Part shown: one piece after another, positions 42,354-52,681 of the stretch
Position numbering within the stretch: the first letter of the stretch is position 1
How the letters are laid out: every line of letters begins with the position of its first letter
Assembly (NCBI GenBank): GCA_014905635.1
Contig: JABVCE010000019.1
Location: 62,001-126,000 of the forward strand
Direction: 5' to 3'
Source: Scenedesmus sp. PABB004
Lineage: Eukaryota
Length of the DNA: 64,000 nucleotides
Translations under genes and position numbers: made by a program
Notes under the pieces: model-generated
What the model was told of the DNA's origin: nothing
Databases searched by the model: none
Seen by the model: only the letters and a program-made list of their open reading frames with translations

Positions 42354-42673
42354 CGGCGACCGCGGCGGCGGTGCACGCGGCCGCGGCGGCTGCGCAGCAG
42401 GCGGCGGCCGCGGCGCACGAGCAGCAGTCGCTGCAGGCGGAGCAGGCCGCGGACGTGGCCGGCCCGGTGGTCGCAGTCGCGCCCAACGGCCGGCTGGAGC
42501 AGCACCAGCAGGCAGCCTCCACCGGCGCCAGCGCGGGCGAACAGGGCGAGGAGGAGTCCGACAACGCCGCTGCTGGCCCGGTCGTCGCGACTGCGGCCAG
42601 CAATGACCAGCGCCCGCCCACGGCGCCGGGGCTGGCCGCCGCGCCGAGCGGCGACGCTGCGCCCAGCCCCTGA
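37180..42673 (+). CDS. Aa_trans (AAAP/SLC38-like) amino acid transporter with a very long helical/low-complexity C-terminal extension; one apparent 1-nt indel near 40500
   Basis: NLVTCVLGAGALGYPFCF, LPVMAYGFTAH, VGVGGYAAFG and IFGLTGSTASVLVAFILPALCF. The start codon is tentative. Poly-Q near the C-terminus. Confidence 0.85.
38428..38474. repeat. (GCACTC)n hexanucleotide microsatellite, intronic
   Basis: Tandem ACTCGC units in a transporter intron. Confidence 0.9.
42281..42352 (+). repeat. (CAG)24 coding poly-glutamine tract
   Basis: 72 nt of perfect CAG in the last exon of the transporter gene. Confidence 0.93.
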
Positions 42674-43102
42674 CTGGGGTGCTGCTCACTGGGTAGCCTT
42701 GGGCACTGGGTGTGCGTGGGGGCGGCGCTGCACAAGCGCTGCCGGCAGCAGCGGCCGGCTGGCAACTGCGTTTGCCTTGCCATTGCGGCTCGCTTCTGAC
42801 TCGAGCGCCGGCCACCGGAGGCACCCAGTTGCGTTTGCCCCGCTGCCCCCTCAAGAGCGCGCGCGCACACCGACGCCCCCCGGCCGCCAACTCGCAGCTG
42901 CGCTGCAGCGCCGCCGGCCGCGCTCCGCCGCGCACCTGCGCGGTGCGGCGGCGACCGCCGCGGCGCACGCCGCACCCCCGCGCACCCCCGCGCCGCGCGC
43001 AGCAATTTGCAGTGCCGTGAATGGTGCCCGCTGCACCCGCGCGCACACGCGCGCGGGCGCGCCCACGCAACTCAACGCCGCCGCGCCCCACCGGCCGCAT
43101 CG

Positions 43103-43215
43103 TCAGGCCGCGTACTTCTCCACCAGCGCCTTGAGCTTGTCCTTGGAGGCGCCGACGAGCTCGTCGACCTTGGCGCCGTCCTTCCACACCTGCGGCGGCG
43201 GCGGCGGCGGCGGCG

Positions 43216-43256
<41 letters not shown>

Positions 43257-44084
43257 GGCGGCGGGCGGCGGCGGCGGCGGCGGCGGCGGCTGAGCCGCGG
43301 CGCAGCCTATGCGCGGGGGGTGTCCCGCGGCCGCGGCCCGCGAGCCACGCAGCCCCGCACGCGACCGGCGGCGCGCCTGGAAGGTGGGCATGGCTGAGAT
43401 GCCGCACGCGCCGGCCACGTCCTGCGCACGGCGCCGCGGTCGGGGGTTGGGGCGGCCGCTGCGCGCCGGGCGCGGCCGAGAGCAAGGGCGCGGCGCGGCG
43501 GCGGCGCGCGGCGGCGCGCGGGCACACCGCGTTGGCGTCGACGTCGACCTTGAGGAAGATGGCGTTGCCGAACTGCTCGCTCAGCTGGCCGAAGTAGGGC
43601 CCGATCATCTGGCAGGGCCCGCACCTGCAGGTGCGGCGAGGCACGCGCGCAGCAGCAGCGGCGGCGCCATTCGTGGCGTCCGCACGAGCCGCAGCTGCTT
43701 AGCGCGCATGCTTCCTGCCGCGACAAGCGGGAGTTGCGGCGCACCAGGTCGCGCTGAAGTCGACGATCACCTGCGCGGCCGCACGGGGAGCGGGAGGTCA
43801 GCAGCAGCGCGGCACACGATCCCGCCTGCCCCCGCCGCCCCAGGCCCCGCCCGGTCCCCGCGCCCCACGACGTGAGGCGCATGGGGCAGCCGCCCATCAA
43901 GCAGGCTCGGCCACGCCGCGTGCGCGGCGCGGCTGCGCGCGCGCGGGCCATGCGCGCCACGCGCCCCTCGCCCGGCCGCCCCGCCCCGCGCGCGGCGCAC
44001 CGCCTTGCCCTCCGTCTGCGCAGCCGCCAGGTGCTTGTCCCAGTCGGCCTTGGTGTCGCAGTCGATCACCTTGCCTCCGCCCAT
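43103..44084 (-). CDS. TRXh: Cytosolic thioredoxin h
   Basis: Five exons give MGGGKVIDCD..VIVDFSATWCGPCQMIGP..FLKVDVD..ISAMPTFQVWKDGAKVDELVGA. The last intron is GC-AG. Confidence 0.95.
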
Positions 44085-44650
44085 CTTGGCCTGACGCAAA
44101 GGAGAGCGCGCGGGCGAGGTGGGGGGCGAGGGAGGTGCGGGTGCGAGCGGGCGGGGCGGACGTGGGGCGGACGTGGGGCGGGCTGCGCGGGCTGCGCGGC
44201 AGCTGGCTCGGCGGCGGCGCGCGCGGGAGCGGCGTCGCAGCGCCCGGGGCCTGGCTCGCGCTCGGCCGGCGCCGCGGGGCGAGGACCGGCCCGCGGCGTG
44301 CTGGTGGCCAGGCTCTCCACCCCGCGGTCAGGCGCGCGCCGCAGCCGCGCGCCGTGCGGCGGCCGGAGCCTGGCCGCCGCTGGGCACCGCGCTCGCGCCG
44401 GGCGGCGTCGGCGGCGCGCACCGCGGCGCGGCGCGCTCGCCGCAGCCGGGGGCGCGCCGCGCGGTGTCTGGTGCACCCCCACACACCCGCCAAGGAGGTC
44501 CGCCGCGGCCGCGGCTGCGTCCGCCCGTGGGCAGCGGCGCTGCCGCAGCGCGCGGCCGGCGCCCGCAGCGCCCCGGCGGCGCCCCGGCGGCGCAGGCGCC
44601 GCTGGGAGACCCTCGCAGCAACAGGGGGCGCGCATTTCGGGCCTGATTGC

Positions 44651-44654
44651 AAAA
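44651..44654 (-). terminator. Pol III terminator (T4)
   Basis: TTTT on the minus strand immediately downstream of the tRNA 3' end. Confidence 0.7.
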
Positions 44655-44655
44655 G

Positions 44656-44728
44656 TGATCCTACCAGGGGTCGAACCTGGAATCTTCGGTTCCGTAGACC
44701 GACGCCTTATCCATTTGGCCATAGGACC
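44656..44728 (-). tRNA. trnR-ACG: tRNA-Arg (anticodon ACG)
   Basis: Reverse complement is a full 73-nt cloverleaf: GGTCCTA TG GCCAAATGGATAAGGC G TCGGT CTACGGA ACCGA AGATT CCAGG TTCGACC CCTGG TAGGATC A. Confidence 0.96.
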
Positions 44729-45153
44729 TTGCAGTGCAAGGGAAGATGACGCCTCACTCCGGGTGGAGTGGTCGGTTTAGGATGAGATGCGTCGTCCGGG
44801 CAGCTATGCATATATGTACGCTGACGCTTAAATACACGGTTTTCGCGTTTCGCAAAATATGTGCCCAGAAAATGGTAGGAAATTGTCTGGAGATCCCGTT
44901 GGACCCCGGGGCGGGCTCAGGCGCCTTGTTGTGTAACCAACAAGGCGAGCCAACAGGGCGGCCTGCAACACACCAAAATTCACCATGCTGCGCCCCAACT
45001 TGAAGGCGCCGCGTGGCCCACAACCACCAGAACGCGCCCTGCCAGTGGCTCTGCGGCTGGACAAGAACAGCACCAAGCAGGCAGCGCCGCGGCCCCGACT
45101 GGCGCGGCCGGGCTGCGTTGACACCGTGTCGACCTCGTATCTACGACGACGCA

Positions 45154-45950
45154 GTTGTTGTTGTTGTTGGTTACACGGCGGGGCCCGGTATACTTCGGGC
45201 GCGTGAGCGTTCCACATCGGATCGCCTGGCGGGCCAAACCAACTCCCTCCCCGCCACCGCACGTGTCTGTGTCCTCCAACGCAGCGGCGCGCACGTCAAC
45301 AGCAACGCCGCCTCCGCAAGCACCTGCCGTCGGCGCCGATCAGCCGCCGGCGGCGCTGGCGTACAAGCCGGTGGCGGCGCCGCCGCGTGGCGCCAGCGGG
45401 CGGGGGGCAGCGCGTGGCGCAGCGCGCGTGCACTTGGTCGGCACGCGGTCGCTGCCGGTGATGTAAAGATGAGCCGCTTCCGCACCGCGCCGTCCAGCGC
45501 GTTCACCTCCTGCGGCGCAGCGCGCGCCGCGCGCGGCGCGGGGGGTGCGCGCCGGGGCCAACAGCCCGCGCGTACGTGCTGCAATGCCGCCGGCGTTGCC
45601 AGCTGCGCGCTGCGCTGTGCCAGGCTGCCAGGATGCACGCTCCCGCGCGCTGTGCAATGTGCTGAGCGCTGGGCGTCCCAGGCAAGCACGCCCGCAGCAA
45701 GCCCCCAACCGGCTGCGCGCAAGGTTGTCCAGCGCTCCAGCCGAGCCTGCACTGCGGCCCCACGCCCTCAGCGCGCGCGCTCCGCCGAGCGATCCCTGGG
45801 CAGGTGCCGGAGACGGAGCAAGGATCGCAGCGCCGCCGCGTGGCAGGCGGCGTGCAGCGGCACGACGCCCAACTCCTGCTGCAGGCAGGCGCGCAAGCCC
45901 AGAGCCCGCGCAGTTGTCTGCGCCTACCAGGAGTCAAGTTGCTGCCGTGA
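45154..45950 (-). mobile_element. Degenerate non-LTR retrotransposon remnant (RTE/RTEX-like C-terminal region and 3' tail)
   Basis: Stop-interrupted frame QQLDSW*AQTTARALGLRACLQQELGVVPLHAACHAAALRSLLRLRHLPRDRS resembles the post-RT ELGxxPL region. Downstream end is TGTAAC followed by (CAA)n. Confidence 0.5.
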
Positions 45951-46688
45951 CGCTCCCGTTGTCGCTGTCGACAGCGACAGCGACGTCGCTGGCGCTGCCG
46001 CGGTGGTGTGGGGCTGCGAGGCCAGGGGGCGAGAGCGGGTCGGGGTGGTAAGAGCGGCCAGGTTCAGTGTCAAACGAGCGCCGTCAGCAACTACGCGCGC
46101 ACCGGAGCCAGCACCTTCAGCAGTTTGCCGCACGGACACGGGTGAGACCGACAAGCTGATTGGCTGTGATTGATTGATTGACAGGGTGTGCACACACATG
46201 TTATTAAGCCGAACGCTTCACACACGCTAAACGTGACCCCCCCCCCTCCCATGCGCACACGCTGAACGTGGCCCGCGAGTCTAGTCAAGTTTGGGTCCGG
46301 CGGACCGCTCTGAGCAAGAGAGGGAGCGGCGCGGTGGGGTGAGGCTGATCAAAGCATGGCAAAGAGAGCACCAAGTCGGGACCACGCGGCAGCCAAGAGT
46401 GAAGCCTCTGCGGACCCAAGCCTTGCCCCCCCCCCCCCCTCCCCTGGTGTGATGCGCCGCCCTGCCCGCGCGCATGCGCGCTTGCGTCACACACGCTGAG
46501 GGTTGATTCCGCACACACAACACCGCATGTGACGTAGCAAGAGAGTCTGAAAAGCGTGAAGCAATCATTCACGGCCGCGAGCTGACAAGAGCGCACCCGT
46601 GCACTGCAGAGATGTTGGCGAATCAGGCCTAGCACAGGGAGCTTCTCCCGGCATGTGCAGCTCGGACCCGTTGCGCGCCGACCGAGCG

Positions 46689-49600
46689 TCAAGCAAAGCG
46701 CACAGCCTCGGGCGTGGGGTTGCTCGTCACTGCGCTGGCAACGCCCCGGCCCAGCTGGCCGAAGACATTGTTTCCAAAGCACACCGCAACGCCGCCCGTC
46801 CACCAAGCGCACGTGTGGGCATCCCCGGCAGCGATGCCCGCCGCGCCGCTCAGACCCGGCACCGTGACCGGGTTGGGGTTGGCATTGTTGGTGCCCGCGT
46901 TGACGGTGACGCCAAGCGTGCCCCCGTAATTGTCTCCAAAGCATGCCACCTCGCCACCGGCAATGGCGCAGGTGAACCGCGCCCCAGCATCGAGGAGCGT
47001 CACGCCTGTGAGGTTTGAAACAACCACGGGGTTGGGCCGGTCGGTTCCGCTCGCGCCGTTGCCTAGCTGACCTTGATCGTTGGCGCCCCAGCACGCCGCC
47101 GTGCCGTTGGCCAGCGCCGCGCATGTGTGATACCCACCACCGGTGATGCTGGTCACGCCGGTCAGCGGCGCACCGCCCAACATGACCGCCACGGGGCTGA
47201 GCCGGTTGTTTGAGGTGGTGCCGTCGCTCAGTTGGCCATTAGAGTTCGCGCCCCAGCACATCGCCGTGCCGTTGTTGTTGTTGAGTGTCGCGCATGTGTG
47301 ATACCAGCCAGTGGTGAGGCTCGCCACGCCGGTCAGTGGCACACCCTCAACCGTGACGGCCACGGGGCTGGGTCGCTTGGTGGTGGTGCCGTCGCCAAGC
47401 TGGCCATTATAGCTCGCGCCCCAGCACGCCGCCGTGCCGTTAGCCAGCGCCGCGCATGTGTGAAAGGCGCCAGCGGTGATGATCGCCACACCAGTCAGCG
47501 GCGCGCCGCCCTGTGTCAGCGTAACCATCACGGGGTTGCGGCGGGTGGTGGTGTTGCCGTCGCCCAACTGGCCCTCGTTGCCCCTTCCCCAGCACGCCGC
47601 CGTGCCGTTGGCCAGCCGCGCGCATGCGTGATAGACGCCTGTGGTGATGCTCGCCACGCCGGTCAGCGGCGCGCCGCCCGGCCAAGTGACGCGCACGGGC
47701 ACGGGGCTGTCTATGGCGTTGCCGTTGCCCAACTCGCCATAGGCGTTGTACCCAAAGCATCGCACCGTGGTATCCGCCAGCAGCGCGCAGGTGTATGCGG
47801 TGCCGGCGGCAACGGCCGCGACCGCCGGCAACGTGGTGCAACAGGCGGCTGCGGCCTCCTCGGCGTTGAGCCCGGCAATAGTGGTGTTGGTGGCGTTGGC
47901 GCTCGCGATCACGTCCCCGCCTGCGCGGCATGGAGGCAGCAACACAGCCGGTGAGTGCCCGCCTCCCCGCTCCCACGAGTCGCGCATCAGCATGCGCCCA
48001 CCAGCGCCGCTCAGCCCGCCGGGCCGTAAGGCGTGCTTGCAGCGCGCATAGCGCACCGTTGCCCTGCCGCCCAGGGCGGCGCCCCCGCCCGCACACTACA
48101 CTCACATGACAGCGGCTGCGCGTCTGCCGTCAGGCTGCCGTCGCGGTCGGCGCACGTCGAGCCCTCGGGGTACGCCTGCGGCAAGGCAGACGTGGTGGGA
48201 GCGGTACCAGCAGCCGAGGCAGCGCCAGAGGCTGTCCTATTGCCGCCGGCACCGCACCGTGCAGCACACAGCCTCTGCCGCAGCAGGCGTGAGGCCGTCG
48301 ATGCTGGCCTGCGCGTAGAGGGCGTTAGGGAATGGCTGGCTTGTGCCGGAGCAGTTGAACGGTGACGTCAACGCAATAATGGGCGTGGCCTTTTTTCCTG
48401 CCGTTGCAGACGCGGCGGATGTGCTGCCGCACGTCGCGCTGGCGCCGTACGCCTGTACGCGGACAGCAGCAACAGGCAGGCAGGCAAAAGCGGTCACGCG
48501 CAACGAGCACGCAGCGTGGCTGCGCGCCACGCCAGGCAGGCACCGCGCTCGCGCCGGCAGATTGCGGGCTGCTGCACCCGCGACGACCCCGCTCACCGTG
48601 CAGCACGTGGCCTGGGCTTGGCCGGGCGTCTGCCCAGCAATGCTGGTGTTGGTACCCGCGTTGGCCCAGCCCGTGCCCGCGCCTGCGTACGAGTAAAGCA
48701 AGGAGCGTGTGGGTGCAGTGGTCAGGGTCTGGCGGAGTAGAACAACAAAGCTCTATGTTGTTGCGCGTGCGGCGCCGCCCCGCCGCTGCGCTGCGCGGGC
48801 GGCCGGTGCCCCCCACTGCGCTGCACCACTCACAGTCGAGCACGTCCTGTCCGTCGCCCGCGCCGTCAATGTCGGTGCACGTCGCGTCAGCAGGGTGCGC
48901 CTGCGGTGGCGCGTGCGGCGGCAGGTCAGCATGCGCTGCACCTGCAGCAGCGCGTGCAACAGTCACCGAGCACGGCCGTTTAGGGGGCGCAGCTGTCAAC
49001 GAGCCGCCCCGAGCAGGCGCTGCCAACGAGCGGCGCCTGCTCGGGGCGGCTCGTTGCCGCTGGCAACGCACCGTGCAGCAGACCGCCTCCGCGTCCGCCA
49101 GCGTGAGGCCGCCGATGCTGGCCTGCGCGTAGAGGGCGTTAGGGAATGGCTGGCTTGTGCCGGAGCAGTTGAACGGTGACGTCAACGCAATAATGGGCGT
49201 GGCCTTTTTTCCTGCCGTTGCAGACGCGGCGGATGTGCTGCCGCACGTCGCGCTGGCGCCGTACGCCTGTGCGCGGACAGCAGCAACAGGCAGGCAGGCA
49301 AAAGCGGTCACGCGCAACGAGCACGCAGCGCGGCTGCGCGCCTCGCCAGGCAGGCACCGCGCTCGCGCCGGCAGATTGCGGGCTGCTGCACCCGCGACGA
49401 CCCCGCTCACCGTGCAGCACGTGGCCTGCGCTTGGCTGGTCGTCTGCCCAGCAATGCTGGTGTTGGTGCCCGCGTTGGCCCAACCCGTGCCCGTGCCTGC
49501 GCATGAGTGCAAGGAGCGCGAAGGCGCACTGGTCAGCGTCTGGCGGTTGAGTGTTAAAGCTCTACGTTGTCCGCACACCGCACGTGCGGCGCCCGCCCCG

Positions 49601-52322
49601 CCGTTGCGCTGCGCGGGCGGCCAGTGCCCCCTCACTGCGCTGCACCACTCACAGTCGAGCACGTCCTGTCCGTCGCCCGCGCCGTCGATGTCGGTGCACG
49701 TCGCGTCAGCAGGGTGCGCCTGCAAGGGCAGGTCGGCGGCGGGTCAGCATGCGCTGCACCTGCAGCAGCGCGTGCAGCAGCGAGCACGCCCGTTTATGGG
49801 GCCCGGCTGCCAACGAGCCACCCCGAGCAGCTGCTAACGAGCAGCGCCTGGTTGGGGGGGGGGGCTCGTTACCGCCGGCACCGCACCGTGCAGCACACAA
49901 CCTCTGCCGCATCAGGCGTGAGGCCGTCGATGCTGGCCTGCGCGTAGAGGGCGTTAGGGAATGGCTGGCTTGTGCCGGAGCAGTTGAACGGTGACGTCAA
50001 CGCAATGGGCGTGGCCTTTTTTCCTGCCGTTGCAGACGCGGCGGATGTGCTGCCGCACGTCGCGCTGGCGCCGTACGCCTGTACGAGGACAGCAGCAACA
50101 GGCAGGCAGGCAAAAGCGGTCACGCGCAACGAGCACGCAGCGTGGTGACGACCCCGCTCACCGTGCAGCACGTGGCCTGCGCTTGGCTGGTCGTCTGCCC
50201 AGCAATGCTGGTGTTGGTCCCCGCGTTGGCCCAACCCGTGCCCGTGCCTGCGCATGAGTGCAAGGAGCGCGAGAGCGCACTGGTCAGCATCTGGCGGAGT
50301 GAAACAACAAAGCTCTATGTTGTTGCGCGTGCGGCGCCCCCCCCCCCCCCCCCCCCGCCGCTGCGTTGCGCGGGCGGCCAGTGCCTCCACTGCGCTGCAC
50401 CACTCACAGTCGAGCACGTCCTGTCCGTCGCCCGCGCCGTCAATGTTGGTGCACGTCGCATTAGTAGGGTGCGCCTGCGGTGGCGCGTGCGGCGGCGTGG
50501 TCAACTGCGCTGCACAAGCAGGGTCTAGGCGGCCTGAACCTGCAACAGTCAGCAAGCCCGGCTGCCAATGGCCCCGGATGCGAACGGGCGGCGCCTAGGA
50601 GCGTGCGCGCTGACATCTTGGGTGTGGCTTCGCACGGAAGCGGCGAGCGCCGAGCCCGCGGCAACTCACGCAGCACCGAGCAGCAGAGGGTTCAACGCCC
50701 GCCAGCAGGGCCACCGCGATCGACGGCAGCTGCAGCCCGTCAGGGCATGTGATCGCCGCAGCGGGGTTGGCGCACGTGCTCTGCGGCGGTTGTGAGGAGC
50801 AGCGCGGTGGCGGCGGCGGTGGGCGGCTGCGTGGCGCAGCTCTGACCGACCGGCTGGGCCCCTGCGCCCATGCTGCACCGCGCGCGTGCCGTTGCGCAGC
50901 CCGCCCCGGCCCACTCACGCAACAAGCGGCCTCGGAGCTCCCCACGGTGTTGCTGGGCCGGGGCACGCCGCTAGTGCAGTTGAAGTCTCCACAGGTCAGG
51001 ACCAACGAGCCACCATCGCCGCCCGGCAAGGGCACGGGGGTTGGCGCAGGGTTTGGCGGAGGGGTTGGCCCGGGGGCTGGCCCAGGGGTTGGCTCGGGAG
51101 TTGGCGCAGGGGTTGGCGGAGGGCTTGGCGCAGGGCTTGGCTCAGGGCTTGGCTCGGGGCTTGGTGCCGGGCTTGGCGCCGGGCTTGGCTCAGGACTGGG
51201 GCTGCTGACAGCCAGCGGCGCGGGCGACGGGCTGGGGCTGGCTTGCGCGGGTGGTGCCTCATTGGTGGTGTTCACTGCGGCACAGAGCGGGCAAGTGCGG
51301 CATGTCAGCAACACAGTTGGGCGCTCCACGCAGCAGCCCAGCAAGGGCGCTGCCACACCCCGCACCGGGGAGGCAGCCGACCAGCGACGCCGCGCCAGGC
51401 AGGGCGCCCGTGCTCGTGCCAACGGGGCACGCCCGGCAGGTTGTTGTTGTGGAGTTTGGCCAGCCGCCGGCTGAGTAGGTGTCGGCAGCACACCGCAGAC
51501 ACGCTGCGCCGCCGTAGCCGGGCGCGCAGGCTGCGAGCGTCGGCGGCGAGTGGAGAGGGAAGGGGGCGTCAGGCGGCGGCGGCGTGGCGCGGCAGCGGCT
51601 CCGTCGCCGCCGCACCGGCGCTGCGCCGTGCTGCCCGCGCTCACCGTCACAGCTTGTGGAGCCAGGGCGCAGGGTGGTGAATGCGCCGCGGCAGAGCGTG
51701 CAGCGCGCGCGCCCGGGCGTGGGGCTGAAGGTGGTGGCCGCGCACGGCCGGCAGCGCCCGGGCTCCTCGCGGTTGGGCACGAACCCCGCCTTGCAGCAGA
51801 GGCAGGTGCGGTTGCGGGTTGCGATGGTGCGGTCGTTGACGCAGACCTGGCAGCGCTGCGCGCAGCGCGTGGTGGTGTTGGAGCCGGCGCCCCGCCCCGT
51901 CGCGCCGCAGACGTCGGGCACGGCCGCGGCGGCGGGCTGGCCCTGGCGCAGCGCGCGCGTGGGCCCGCGGTGTGTGCCACCGTTGTCGGTGACGGCGATG
52001 TCCCGCGACGTCGCGGCGGCCGTCGCACACCACGCCAGCAGCGCCAGGCACGCCACCAGGCGGCGCGGCGGCGCGACGGCCTGCGGGCGAACGCGCGCAG
52101 CGGGCGGCCGGCGGGTGCGGCGGGTCAGCGGCGCGCGGGGCGGTAGGGGCACGGTGTGAGGTCCTTCAGGGCAAGCGCGCGCGGGCGGCCGAACCCCAGG
52201 CTCCCTGCCGGGCCGGCAGAGGCGCGCCACGACTTTCGCGCGAGCTGCGCCGCCGGTTCCAAGCCAGGCGCTGCGAGCCCGTGTGCTGGCGGCCCTACCA
52301 TCGTCGTACGAGCCTTCATCAT
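46689..52322 (-). CDS. Secreted modular protein, copy A: signal peptide, TNFR/furin-like Cys-rich region, Pro/Ser-rich stalk, three copies of a 3-exon Cys module, and a C-terminal 7-bladed RCC1/BLIP-II propeller
   Basis: MMKARTTM|AVAPPRRLVACLALLAWCATAAAT; CxxC repeats (CRPCAATTFS, CLRCAADTYS); (SPAP/SPEP)n. A single terminal exon (46689-47920) carries seven GxxHTC..CWGxNxxGQLG repeats. All introns are GT-AG. Confidence 0.82.
48259..50476 (-). repeat. Three tandem copies (about 800 bp) of an exon-intron module inside gene copy A
   Basis: Exons AHPADATCTDIDGAGDGQDVLDC, GTGWANAGTNTSIAGQT..QATCCT and AYGASATCGS..FNCSGTSQPFPNALYAQASIDGL..VCCT recur with near-identical introns. Confidence 0.92.
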
Positions 52323-52681
52323 GAGCGGCTGACCAAGCGCCGCATGCGCTGAGCGCGCGCGCAGAGGAGGGCGGGAGGGAGGTCGTGAAGAGCCGGATCG
52401 GGCGCGCTGGCCCTGTGCCGGCGTGTCGCAGCGCGCGCGGACTTTGAGGGCGTGGAATTCAGTCGGAAGTAACATTCCGGTCTTGGCTACGGCCTTGGCT
52501 AACGCTCGGAGTGTGACGGACACCTCGCGGGCGGGCCAAAGCCCTTGCGGCGCCAGACCCGGACTGCTGGGCACGGAAACAGTTCCAGGTCCTCATCGTG
52601 ACGCTCGCAAGTCGCACGAGCCACGCCTGCGCAGCAGCGACCACGGCGGCGGCTGCGCCCGCGCTGCGGCGCCGGTCTCGC

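Noticed and set aside
52424..52518. 95-bp sequence repeated at 55948-56042 with TGTCGCA...TGTGACG ends, resembling a solo LTR or MITE
   Set aside because: It has no TSD and is explained more simply as the upstream flank of the segmental duplication left after the internal deletion in copy B.
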